64,000 nt of DNA, from assembly GCA_964016885.1 (NCBI GenBank), contig OZ024741.1:391530001-391594000 (forward strand), given 5' to 3'. The notes below the pieces were generated by a model, which was given only the letters and a program-made list of their open reading frames with translations, was not told where the DNA came from and did no database searches. How positions within the stretch are numbered: position 1 is the stretch's first letter; every line of letters starts with the position of its first letter. The position numbers and the translations under genes were made by a program. This DNA is from Eledone cirrhosa. Its lineage: Eukaryota. Positions 1 through 12,434 of the stretch are shown here, one piece after another.

Positions 1-1135
1 TTGTTGAAATTTCTATGTCAGATCGGAGAAGGTTTATTTGGCGATTGATGTTCTCTTGCCAAGTAGGTTTCTTGTTGGAATTCCTTTGTTTTTTTCATTT
101 TCACTCCACATAAGTGAGTGGTGACTTTAGCCGATGCATAATAGAGATGATTTAAATCAGTAATGTTTAGTTTGTTTGTGATGATAATGTTTTTGAGAAT
201 TATGTTAGTCTTGTGTATTATCTTTTGGTTCTGTTTGGAGTTCTGGATCTTAGGGAGGGTGTCTCGTTGCCCCATGTAAGATTCTTTCATTTTCATCCAT
301 TCGATCATAATTTCATCCTTCAAGTTGGCAAGTTCATTCTCATTCATTTCTTTATCATTTACGATCTCATTATTTTCATTTGGAGTTTCATCCTGAGCAT
401 GCACTCCCTCCACTTTTTCGATCCTTTCTTTAATTTGTTCTGTTGCCAGTGATTCCGCCCCAACCCTGTGATTCGAAGTGTTACAGTTTACCTCGTTTTC
501 ACTGACACATGTTTCATTTTCCCTTCGCTGACTTTGTGCTAATAGCTTGATCTGATCAATTTCTATATCAGTTAGTAACTTTTTTCTTACAATATTTCTT
601 CGTATATTGGCTAGTTTGTTACTGTCAATATAGCCTCTGTTTTCGGGATGTTTCTTTTTCCAGTTGATATATGTCTGTTCTGTATTCGATGTATTTGATG
701 GGTAGTACATGGCAGTGTAGAAAGCCTCAAGGACTTCTTTATTATCTTCCTTGACCATTTTTCTCTCTTTTTCTTTGGATTTCTTGGTGGTGAGCATGGA
801 GGGCCAACAGTAGGAGTATTCCGGTTATGGGAGGTCTCCAGCTCCGAAGTGATGGGAAGGTTTGAACCATTAGCTGATTTTTCGACCCCAGTCTGGTTCC
901 TCTCTGAGGGACGCGGCCCTTTTTACCCGGGTGACGGCCGATCCGGTATGAGATTTTATCATTAGACATTTACTTTATTTTGTCGCGTTTTATCCTTATC
1001 CGCCAAGGGGTTATCATTTCGTGTTACCACTTCTAGAACGAGTGTCAACCAAGACTAGAGGGGTCGTTCTCCCCTAGAGACACGGCTATTCCCCGCCGGC
1101 CGCCATCCCGGTATTTCTTGGTCACGGGGTTTTCT
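1..1135 (-). mobile_element. 5' part (leader + N-terminal ORF) of a Dong/R4-type RLE non-LTR retrotransposon, runs off window start
   Basis: Close paralog of 4016-5150; ORF 18..797 matches ORF 4033..4725, which lies upstream of RT fragments. Confidence 0.8.
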
Positions 1136-2125
1136 TTTTGTTGTTTTTTTTAAATTGTTTTTATCATGAGTGGTTCCTTAATGTGAGCATTGCGTGGCTT
1201 AAGAATGAAATTATTAATAACTGTCTCCACTCCAGGCACAAGGCCAGCAATCACCCAGTGCATTACAATAATATAATATACTTTTTGTTGTAGTTGGCTG
1301 TTATTGTTGTTGGCTATGTCGGTGGTGGTGCCGGGGCTTTTTATATTGTTGGTGAGGAAGGGGTGAGCCAAAAGTCCCATAGTTGTTGATGTTGACGTTT
1401 GGTCGGTGGCCAGGTCACTAAGTCAATCTATTTATATCTTTTGCTAGCCTCTCCCTTGTCTAGTGATACCGCCACCTTCCCCTTTCTCTCTCAAGTTAAC
1501 AGGGGAATAGTGGTGGTAGCAATGAAGGAGTGGTGGCGGCGGCGATGGGATAGTGGTAGCAGTGATGGATGGGGTGGGGTGGTGGCAGCGGTGGCGTTGT
1601 GGTTACTGATATGTAGTATCTATGAGTTTGTGTTCGTATGTTTAATATATATTTTTATTATATATTGTGTTGACATATTCCCGTAAAATTGGAATTAAAC
1701 ATTTTGTTAAAATTTGAGACAATAATAATAGTAATTATTATTATGATGCTGGGATTGATGGTGGTGGTGGTGAAATTGCCGTTATCTGGCTGTTATATTT
1801 AGTGTGATGGGATAGGTGGTGTATCAAGTTTCTGGTGTTGGTGAAATTGCTGTTATTTGGCTGTTCTATATAGTGTAGACAGAGGGTGTTTTCTTCCATT
1901 TATAACCATTTTCTTTTTTTGAATACAAAATATATAATACAAAATTGAATATTTGAGCGATACAACAATATAATATGGATCCGAAACTTTATGGGACCTC
2001 ATTCAGTGGTTTATGCAACATTTGTACTAAGAATTGTTATTTCACAATTGATTTAAATATGTTAAAAATCAAAAACTTACGGGAGCGATTTCATGACCTT
2101 CTACCACCTCGTGCGTCTTCTTCCC

Positions 2126-2126
<1 letters not shown>

Positions 2127-2180
<54 letters not shown>

Positions 2181-5150
2181 AGTTGCATTTATCTTGCTTT
2201 ATGTTCATACGAGTTATCACCAAATCACAACCAGTGACCTCAAGAGACAACAAGGTCCGCCATGTTCAAGAAAGAACACACATACACACACATGCATCTT
2301 TAGGTGTTTAGACTTGTGATGTACTTATATTGACAGAATCTTCCTTAGTATATGTTTTCAACGCAATATCTAACTGGATTAACCCATGTCCTCCTTCTTT
2401 CCTAGGGAGATATATTCTATCTGTATCTGCCTTAGGGTGATGCATTCTGTGCATGGTTAAGAATTTTTTAATTTTTGTATCGAGCCTACGGATCTCTGTG
2501 CTTGACCAGTTGATGACATTATAACTGTAGGTTACTACTGGTATGGCAAGCGTGTTTATGGCATCGATCCTATTCCTTGCATTCAATTCCGTTCTTAAGA
2601 TTGCTCTTACTCTGCGGTAACATTCCTTCCTTATCCTTTCCCTCATTGTCGAGTGCTTGATTCCGTCTCCTTCACAAACACCTAGATATTTGTAAGTTTC
2701 CTCTTGATCAAGTTCTCTTATCACATTCCCCCGATCAAGATTAATGTCTGAACTCTTCAGCAGCTTTCCTCTGGTGAACGTTGCTTTGGCGCATTTATCT
2801 AGTCCAAACTCCATTTTAATGTCATCACTGAACTGCTTCACAGTGGATAATAGCCCTTGCAATTGTTCATCATTTTTTGCAAATAGTTTCAGGTCATCCA
2901 TGTAGAACAAGTGCTTCATGGTTTGGTTTTGTCATAGACTTTATATCTATGTTTTGTTTCATTGAGCATTTTACTTAATGGTATAAGTGCGATGCAGAAT
3001 AAAAGTGGTGATAAAGAGTCACCCTGAAAAATTCCACAATTAATATTAACTTCTCCAGCTTCCAGTGATTTTTTTTCACTATTCAAAAGGAGTGTCGTTT
3101 TCCATGTCTTCATACTGAATGACAGGAACCTCCTGACAACGGGAAATATTTTGAAAATCTCTAAACATTTTTCAATCCAACTGTGTGGCAAACTATCGAA
3201 TGCTTTTTTGTAATTTATCCAAGCAATTGATAGATTTTTGTGTCTATTATGACAATCTTCCAGTATCATTACAGCCATATGAGCCTCGTTTACATCCTTT
3301 CTGCTCATTGGGAAATAGATCATTTGTTATCAGGTGATCATATGTATATTCAGTTAGGACTGATGTTAAAATTTTATACATTGTGGTCAAGAAAGTTATC
3401 GGTCTGTAATTTTTGAGATTGTTTGTCTCATCATTCTTCGGAAGTAGGAAAGTAATGCCGTTAACTAGCCATGATGGTATCTTTTCTGGCTCCTTAACTA
3501 TTTCATTGTAAAGTTGGGCTAACAGCTCATGAGACTCTGTGAAGGCATTTATCCAAAAATTTGGTATTTTGTCTTTTCCCGGGGATTTCCATTTGCTGGT
3601 TTTTCTAAGAGCCAAACGCAACTGTTCAACTGTTATATTTTCCCATGTTTGTTCCTCAAGGTGAGTTGTATCTTTCATTTGTCTGTTTACCCATGGGGCA
3701 TGTATATTATGAACTTTTCTTCGGCCCAGATCTTTTCCCAGAATTCTTGCACTTCCTCTGTGGGTGGTATTGATTTAGCAGTTATTGTTGACTTGCCAAT
3801 TTTTCTGTAGAAGTTTCTTTGGTTGTTTTTGAACATATTATTGTCCTTATAGAATCTAGATCGTTTTTCAAAGCGCCTTATACGAGCAGCTTTGGCCGAC
3901 ATTTTTTGCTTGATTATTTCTATCAGCATGTCTATGTCACTTGTTGATTTTATACTGTATTTTCTTTTCAATTTTCTAAGTTTAGTTTGTTTAACATGTT
4001 CACCTACTTCGTAGTTTGTTAAAATTTCTATATCAGATCGGAGAAGGTTTATTTGGCGATTGATATTCTCTTGCCAAGTAGGTTTCTTGTTGGAATTCCT
4101 TTGTTTTTTTCATTTTCACTCCACATAAGTGAGTGGTGACTTTAGCCGATGCATAATAGAGATGATTTAGATCAGTAATGTTTAGTTTGTTTGTGATGAT
4201 AATGTTTTTGAGAGTTATGTTAGTCTTGTGTAATATCTTTTGGTTCTGTTTCGAGTTCTGGATCTTAGGGAGAGTGTCTCGTTCCCCCATGTCAGATTCT
4301 TTCATTTTCATCCATTCGTTCATAATTTCATTCTTCATGTTGGCAAGTTCATTCTCATTCATTTCTTTATCATTTACGTTCACATTGTTTTCATTTTGAG
4401 TTTCATCTTGAGCATGCACTCCCACCACTTTTTCGATCCTTTCATTAATTTGTTCTGCTGTCAGTGATTTCGCCCCAACCCTGGGATTCGAAGTATTACA
4501 ATTTACCTCGTTTTCACTGACACATGTTTCATTTTCCCTTCGCTGACTTTGTGCTAATAGCTTGATCTGATCAATTTCTATATCAGTTAGTAACTTTTTT
4601 CTTACAATATTTCTTCGTATATTGGCTAGTTTGTTACTGTCAATATAGCCTCTGTTTTCGGGATGTTTCTTTTTCCAGTTGATATATGTCTGTTCTGTAT
4701 TCGATCTATTTGATGAGTAGTACATGGCAGTGTAGAAAGCCTCAAGGACTTCTTTATTGTCTTCCCTTAACCATTATTCTCTTTTTCTTTGGATTTCTTG
4801 GTGGTGAGCATCGAGGGCCAACGGTAGAAGTATTCCGGTTATGAGAGGTTTCCAGCTCCGAAGTGATGGGAAGGTTTGAACCATTAGCTGACTTTTCGAC
4901 CCCAGTCTGGTTCCTCTCTGAGGGACGCAGCTCTTTTTGATCCGGGTGACGGCAGATCCAGTATGAGATTTTATCATTTGACATTGACTTTATTTTGTTG
5001 CGTTTTATCCTTAACCACCAAGGGGTAATCATTTCGTGTTACCACTCCTAGGACGAGTGTCAACCAAGACTAGAGGGGTCGTCCTCCCCTAGAGACACGG
5101 CTATTCCCCGCCGGTCGCCATCCCGGTATTTCTTGGTCACGGGGTTTCTT
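2127..5150 (-). mobile_element. Dong/R4-clade non-LTR retrotransposon, frameshifted, internally deleted (no CCHC/RLE domain), with 3' UTR and (AAT)n tail
   Basis: RT motifs across ORFs 3247..3678 (KSPGKD, NYRPIT), 2916..3323 (YKKAFDS, GIFQGDSLSP) and 2308..2919 (YMDDLK, YKYLG); terminal HILRKILSI* at ~2353-2324; (AAT)n at 2127-2178. Confidence 0.88.
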
Positions 5151-5475
5151 TTTTTTTTTCTTTTTTAAATTGTTATTATCATGAGTGGTTCCTTAATGTG
5201 AGCAGTGCGTGGCTTAAGAATGAAATTATTATTAATAATATAATATACTTTTTGTTGAAGTTGCCTGTTGTTGTTGTTGGCTATGTCTGTGGTGGTGGTG
5301 GTGGTGGTGTTGGGGCTTTTTCTATTGTTGGTGGGGAAGAGGGGAGCCAGCAGTGCCATAGTCGTTGACGTTTGACCGGGTCACTAAGTCGGTCTATTTA
5401 TATCTTTTGCTAGCATCTCCCTTGTCTAGTGATACCGCCACCTTCCCCTTTCTTAAGTTAACAGAAGTTATTATT

Positions 5476-5560
5476 ACCGTCCTGTGCCGTCTGTAATGTT
5501 TTTCTTGATGTCAACCCTTGTGGCCAATAAAGAAATCATTATTATTATTATTATTATTAT
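5476..5560 (+). mobile_element. Extreme 3' end of a Tx1-type element with (ATT)n tail
   Basis: taccgtcctgt...cccttgtggccaataaagaaatc(att)n resembles 28477-28573. Confidence 0.7.
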
Positions 5561-5746
5561 GGCGGTGGATTGGCAGTATCGGTAGAGGGTTGGACGCCAT
5601 GCTTTGACGCATAGAGTTACGGCCCTTGCCATTCTGAGTTCAAATCCCGCCGAGGTTAACTTTGCCTTTCATCCTTACGGGGTCGATAAAATAAAGTACC
5701 AGTAATGCACTGGGTAATTGCTGGCCTTGTGCCAAAAAGTAGAAAC
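5561..5746 (+). mobile_element. tRNA-derived SINE
   Basis: A-box TGGCAGTATCGG, B-box GAGTTCAAATCC, conserved body GCCTTTCATCCTTACGGGGTCGATAAA, (ATT)n tail; ~10 copies in window. Confidence 0.9.
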
Positions 5747-6351
<605 letters not shown>

Positions 6352-6542
6352 CTATATAACTGCTCTGTAGAACAACTGATGTTCTTACATTGAGCTATTT
6401 ATCTTACTGGTAATAAGGTAGTAATAAATTACTGACCTTCCCTGTTTAGGGTTTAAAATATACATAACTATAAAAAGTTTAAAATATACATAACTATAAA
6501 TAGTATCCTTAATATTATATATATATATATATTGTAATAATA

Positions 6543-6727
6543 GTTTCTACTTTTGGCACAAGGCCAGCAATTACTCAGTGTATTACCGGTACTTTATTTT
6601 ATCAACCCCGTAAGGATGAAAGGCAAAGTTAACCTCGGCGGGATTTGAACTCAGATCATAAAGGGACGTAACTCTATGCTTCAAAGCATGGTGTCCGACT
6701 CTCTACAGATACTGCCAATCCACCGCC
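6543..6727 (-). mobile_element. tRNA-derived SINE
   Basis: Reverse complement of the 5561 copy. Confidence 0.9.
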
Positions 6728-6748
6728 TTGTAATATATTGTAATAATT

Positions 6749-6932
6749 GTTTCTACTTTAGGCACAAGGTCAGCAATTACCCAGTCCATTACTGGTACTT
6801 TATTTTATCGACCCCGTAAGGATGAAAGGCAAAGTCAACCTCGGCGGGATTTGAACTCAGATCGTAAAGGGACGTAACTATGCTGGAAAGCATGGCGTCC
6901 GACCCTCTACCGATACTGCCAATCCACCGCCC
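6749..6932 (-). mobile_element. tRNA-derived SINE
   Basis: Reverse complement of the 5561 copy, tandem with previous copy. Confidence 0.9.
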
Positions 6933-7261
6933 TTTTATATATTGTAATAATAATATATAGTGGTAGAACACTGGAAGGTAATATCCGTAGTGGTAGAGCA
7001 CTCAGTCAATGGGACGAGTTAGGTAGTAGTGGTTACACAACAGTTAGTTCACCATACCGAGACTGACGTTGATGAGTCACCAAATGTATTATTATTATTA
7101 TTATTATTATTTTTGGGTAATTGCTGGCCTTGTGCCAAAAGTAGAAACAATTATTATTTGTGAGCGCTCTCTATATCCTCGTGTCCTACACAATTTGGTG
7201 TCTCATCAACGTCAGTCTCGGTATGGTGAACTAACTGTTGTGTAAGCACTTATATATATAT

Positions 7262-8385
7262 AACCAAAAGTTTAACAAGGTTCATTGATTAATCAATGAA
7301 TAAAGTTTTACAATAGATTAGAAGCACTCAACAGAAAGGTTTTCTTGAGTTATTAATATTACTTCAAAATATTAATAAATATAGACATTCATGTGATCAA
7401 CTATATTTTATTATACATATTTCAGAGGTACTGAGCTATTTCATCAGTACGTCCTCATCAGATAAAAAATCTGCGTCGACATTTCAAATCTGCATCGACA
7501 TTTCAAGCATCATACAAAATTAGGAAAAAACATTGACTGAGTGAGAAAAGATATTGACTCTTATTAATAATTCTGAGTGAGAAAAGATATTGACTCTGAT
7601 TAATAATTCTGAGTGAGAAAAGATATTGACTCTTATTAATAATTCTGAGTGAGAAAAGATATTGACTCTGATTAATAATTCTTGTAATGCTTTTATTATT
7701 GCTATTATTAATATTATGTATAATGTTTCTACCTAACCTTAAGAATTGTATACCTGCTCTTTTAAAGAGTATGATAATTTCTGAATTGTTTAAATACCCT
7801 TAGTTTTGATTTAGAATTTTGTAAATCCTGTATCTTTTAAATTTGATACCTGTAATATCTTCAGACTCTTAAACCGTTTAATTACTTTAAATGTTTAAAT
7901 ACGTCGTACGAAGATATTGTTTACATTTATCGTATACAAGTTTCGTTTTGTCTAAATTGATTAATAATCATATACTTAACTTGATTTATAGTATTGAATA
8001 CAGTAAAATTTAGTTAAGTCAAAATAATAATACTCTTAAGTGTAATTATAACTAATAATTAATCTTATATATAATTGACAAATATCGATTTAAATCATAT
8101 AGTTTATAAAAGAACTATGCAAATGCTAATATCTAAATAAGTTCGGTTCAATAATATCATATTTACTACATTTATAAGCACTATTGTTAGTTAATAATAT
8201 TTTTAATTTTGATTTTTATAACTAAATTATTGAGTACATTTATTAATTTGAATATACTCATGATTACTCTTGAAATTAAGTTAAATTATCTTTTTCACTT
8301 TATATTGTTTTAATTTTGATATAATATAATAGTATAATTTCTTTCAAATATTATAGACTAAAAATGTCATGATATTTAATTCTCT
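7262..8385. mobile_element. PLE 3' end / pseudo-LTR fragment with inverted terminal segment
   Basis: 7500-8380 aligns with 47120-47910 (GIY-YIG end FQASYKIRKKH*); 7262-7470 is the hammerhead-bearing terminus inverted; 36-bp unit x4 at 7537-7681. Confidence 0.8.
7406..7467 (-). ncRNA. Minimal type I hammerhead ribozyme
   Basis: ttttat-CTGATGA-stem II(gtactga/tcagtac)-GAAA-tatgta-TA-ataaaa. Confidence 0.75.
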
Positions 8386-8750
8386 TGGAGACGCAGGACA
8401 TGGCAGCGATGATTAGGGACAGAGACTGCTGGAGAGAACTGGTCCATGGATCTCGGCAATTTTACCCGCCCTAGATATATATATGCTCAGGACAGGACTG
8501 AGTGACGAGGCCTTACCAGACGTGCCAAGGACTCTTTTGAAGAGAAGAGACGGGCAGAGGTTACTGAGGCCTGTGAAAGGAGGAGAAAGGCATCAACAGC
8601 TGCCCCAAGCGACTCCGTTCTCTTCCCCTGCCCCCAATGTCCCCGGACCTGCAAGTCAAGGATCGGCCTCCACAGCCACCTTCGTGCCCACGGCAGACGG
8701 GAACTAAAATAAAGAAGATGTCATCATCGTTCACGATGGACAACCATGAA
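8385..8750 (+). mobile_element. Two short 5'-truncated RTE-type 3' ends in tandem, each ending in (TA)n
   Basis: DMAAMIRDRDCWRELV..* then AQDR...CPQCPRTCKSRIGLHSHLRAH (C2H2 finger). Confidence 0.75.
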
Positions 8751-8906
8751 GATATATATATATATAAATATATATGCGTAAGTGCATACTTATGCACGGC
8801 CTAAATCCTATAACTATACTTTAATGTTCTCATCATTATCTACTTTTACTATTATTATTAACCTCTGTCATTTCCGTTTAACAACTTTATTTACATTATT
8901 CTTAAA

Positions 8907-9121
8907 GCGCGGTGAATTGGCAGTATCGGTAGAGGGTTGGATGCCATGCTTTCTAGCATAGTTACGTCCCTTAACCGTCTGAGTTCAAATCCCGCTGAGG
9001 TTAACTTTGCATTTCATCCTTACGGGGTCGATAAAAAATAAAGTACTAGTAACGCACTGGGGTCGATTTAATCGACTTCCCCTCCCCCCAAATTACTGGC
9101 CTTGTGCCTATATAAGAAATC
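8907..9121 (+). mobile_element. tRNA-derived SINE, long variant
   Basis: Same family, extra GTCGATTTAATCGAC hairpin segment. Confidence 0.88.
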
Positions 9122-9158
9122 ATTATTATTATTATATATATATATTGTAATAATAATT

Positions 9159-9339
9159 GTTTCTACTTTTGGCACAAGGCCAGCAAATACCCAGTGCATT
9201 ACTGGTACTTTATTTTATCGACCCCGTAAGGATGAAAAGCAAAGTTAACCTCGGCGGGATTTGAACTCAGAATGGCAAGGGCCGTAACTTTATACGTCAA
9301 AGCATGGCGTCCGACCCTCTACCGATACTGCCAATCCAC
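9159..9339 (-). mobile_element. tRNA-derived SINE
   Basis: Family match. Confidence 0.9.
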
Positions 9340-9393
9340 AATAATATATATATATCTGTATATACATATGTATGTATATATATATGCATATAC

Positions 9394-9450
<57 letters not shown>

Positions 9451-9695
9451 ATCGATTAATGTTCGATCCTGACTCTGGAATCGGAAGCACCTCAGATTAG
9501 TGTTCACATGTGACTAGGTCTGTGATTTATGTATATACTTAAAATATTGTCTCCTTATGTTACTGTTGGTTCACCGACTTCAGCGTTCGATGCGTCGTGG
9601 GTATGTTTAAGTATAGAAGTATAGTACTTGGTGCAGACATTGGTGTTAAACTGTTGGTCGGTTTCCTTCATAAGCAGAGTGTAATATTAATAATT

Positions 9696-9879
9696 GTTTC
9701 TACCTTAGGCACAAGGCCAGCAATTACCCAGTATATTACTAGTACTTTATTTTATCGACTCCGTAAGGATGAAAGGCAAAGTTAACCTCGGCGGGATTTG
9801 AACTCAGAATGGCAAGGGACGTAACTATGCTAGAAAGCATGGCGTCCAACCCTCTACCGATACTGCCAATTCACCGCCC
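9696..9879 (-). mobile_element. tRNA-derived SINE
   Basis: Family match. Confidence 0.9.
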
Positions 9880-9915
9880 TGTAATATTAATAATAAGTAG
9901 GAATTATCATTAATG

Positions 9916-9951
<36 letters not shown>

Positions 9952-9956
<5 letters not shown>

Positions 9957-10332
9957 CATACATACATGGTGGCTGCCAACTCGTTTTCGTACGGCCACTA
10001 CTTTATATCCATGTAGGAGAACCCCTACCGATGCGCTGAACGAGTGTGACTTTTTAGCCTCGCCAGCGACTTGAAAACTCTGGTACAAACACTACACCTG
10101 TGACAATTATTGACACATAGTGCTGGGCCCATGGTACCATGTGACGACAAGTGCAGAGAGATCTCCAGATATAAAGCAATGCCTGTGCCGTGAAGCTTTT
10201 ATAGTGAGCAAAGGCACTGCACAGAGCCAGTCCCACTCTCTTAACCAAGATGATATTTACCAAAAAGAAGAACAAGTCAACATCATTGGATACCGTCAGG
10301 GTTGCAGGTGTTATATCAGAGTTTTCCTTCTC
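9952..10332 (-). mobile_element. Non-autonomous RTE derivative with (ATGT)n tail
   Basis: Near-identical reverse complement of 19960-20340. Confidence 0.8.
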
Positions 10333-10382
10333 CTTATCATTAATGATATATATATATACATATATACATACATACATACATG

Positions 10383-10449
<67 letters not shown>

Positions 10450-10484
10450 CATTAATGATAATTCCTACTTATTATTAATATTAC

Positions 10485-10607
10485 AGGGCGGTGAATTGGC
10501 AGTATCGGTAGAGGGTTGGACGCCATGCTTTCTAGCATAGTTACGTCCCTTTACAGTCTCAGTTCAAATCCCGCCGAGGTTAACTTTGTCTTTCATCCTT
10601 ACGGGGT
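10485..10607 (+). mobile_element. Truncated tRNA-derived SINE (inverted duplicate of the 9696 copy plus flank)
   Basis: 10447-10607 is the reverse complement of ~9760-9918. Confidence 0.85.
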
Positions 10608-10714
10608 ACCCCGGCCGATTAACTCACTCGATATGCAAATTAGGCTGCTCAGCCGTTAATATGCATAAGGAAAGTATATACTTTCAAACGTTCAACCATC
10701 TGGCAGGAAAGTAT

Positions 10715-10757
10715 ACGTTGCTGACGATAGCTAATAAGCTTGAAACTAGTACAGCGT
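10715..10757 (+). ncRNA. Minimal type I hammerhead ribozyme
   Basis: acgttg-CTGACGA-tagct aata agctt-GAAA-ctag-TA-cagcgt. Confidence 0.75.
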
Positions 10758-10900
10758 TCCTTTGTCAGTGTTGAACAAATGAGCAACGATGGTTGCTAGA
10801 CACTACGGCTTAATTCGGGATGTTTGTTTACAAACACACCGAGCATTATAATAAATGTTCGGTGAATCCATACGTACATATATATATATATGTGTGCATG

Positions 10901-10974
<74 letters not shown>

Positions 10975-11016
10975 CTACTGTACGTCTGTATACATATATG
11001 TATGTACGTATACATA

Positions 11017-11064
<48 letters not shown>

Positions 11065-11074
11065 TACACGGGTG

Positions 11075-11305
11075 TGATTTACTCGTTTTATTTACAATCC
11101 TTTAAAATGTATAATGGTATTAGAATGAAATAGCATGGTAGTTGAAAATTGCAAACTTGACTGTCAGCACACAATATGAAACTGAAGATTGCGAAAGCAT
11201 GAAAGTACTTGTTCAATTAACACTTAACATTTAATATTCTACCATACTATTTCATTCTAATACCATTATAATTTTTAAAGGATTGTAAATAAAACGAGTA
11301 AATCA
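11075..11305. repeat. ~65-bp inverted repeats enclosing a hammerhead-like motif (11177-11215, +)
   Basis: CTGAAGA-ttgc gaaa gcat-GAAA-gtac-TT-gttca. Confidence 0.6.
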
Positions 11306-11349
11306 GACAAAGTTGGAATTCCTTTTATTAATATATATATATATATATA

Positions 11350-11659
11350 TTAGAAAGTGAGGTTTTTTTTACAAAATGAAAAATAACCGAGGTGTCCTAC
11401 ACGAGTGGAAGTATAAAGAAAAAGAGATGAAATCGAAAATGCAACTGAAGTCTTATTTTTTTTTTTAAATATATATATTTATTTGGTTCCTTTACCGGTT
11501 TCGCAGTTCTTCTGCTTTTCAAAAGGTGAGTTGAGATGGAGGGTCTGAGGTTTTTCTCACATCTGAAGAACTGCGAAACCGGTAAAGGAACCAAATAAAT
11601 ATATATATTTTTTTAAAAAAATAAGACTTCAGTTGCATTTTCGATTTCATCTCTTTTTC

Positions 11660-11660
<1 letters not shown>
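11350..11660. mobile_element. Fold-back PLE terminal fragment in (TA)n with decayed hammerhead (11489-11526, -)
   Basis: cctt-TTGAAAA-gcag aagaa ctgc-GAAA-ccgg-TA-aagg; ~100-bp inverted arms; second copy at 33406-33682. Confidence 0.7.
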
Positions 11661-11688
<28 letters not shown>

Positions 11689-11691
<3 letters not shown>

Positions 11692-11896
11692 GGAACGAGT
11701 AGGACCCCGACGGCTGAGCTCAAGCCGTTTCGACGGCTAATTCTGGACTCAATTCTCGTCCACAATTAGCCGTCGAAACGGCTTGAGCTCAGCCGTCGGG
11801 GTCCTACTCGTTCCTATTACCCACTCTACTACCCTAAGTATTGAGTACTTTGGTGCGTTATGGTCCGCCTGGTTCCTTGCCACATTTCCTTCGTTA
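11689..11896 (+). mobile_element. Fold-back PLE terminal fragment in (TA)n with hammerhead 3' half
   Basis: ~53-bp perfect inverted arms; GAAA-cggc ttgagctca gccg-TC-ggggtc; related copies at 19217, 49366 and 52330. Confidence 0.65.
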
Positions 11897-12001
11897 TATA
11901 TATATATATACACACACACAAACAATTTCAAACTAGGGGTCACACTCCTTATTTTTAAGGTTCTCTTAAGCTAACAATGCCTATATTTCAGGTGTCTACA
12001 A

Positions 12002-12066
<65 letters not shown>

Positions 12067-12119
12067 AAGTCCTTACTCCCACACACTCACAAAAACAGAC
12101 ACTCTTATACCCACATATG

Positions 12120-12189
<70 letters not shown>

Positions 12190-12218
12190 AATTTAGCGAG
12201 ACTCGCATTTCGGCGGGT

Positions 12219-12262
<44 letters not shown>

Positions 12263-12277
12263 TACATACACATACAC

Positions 12278-12393
<116 letters not shown>

Positions 12394-12434
12394 CGAAATT
12401 TCATTTCTCACTCTTAGTACGGCTGATACTTAAA

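Noticed and set aside
860-950. HDV-like ribozyme in the Dong leader (GAACCA/CTAA-TGGTTC)
   Set aside because: No P1 3' strand or suitable L3 in the required order
5561-5650. tRNA gene
   Set aside because: A/B boxes belong to a multicopy SINE head; no complete cloverleaf
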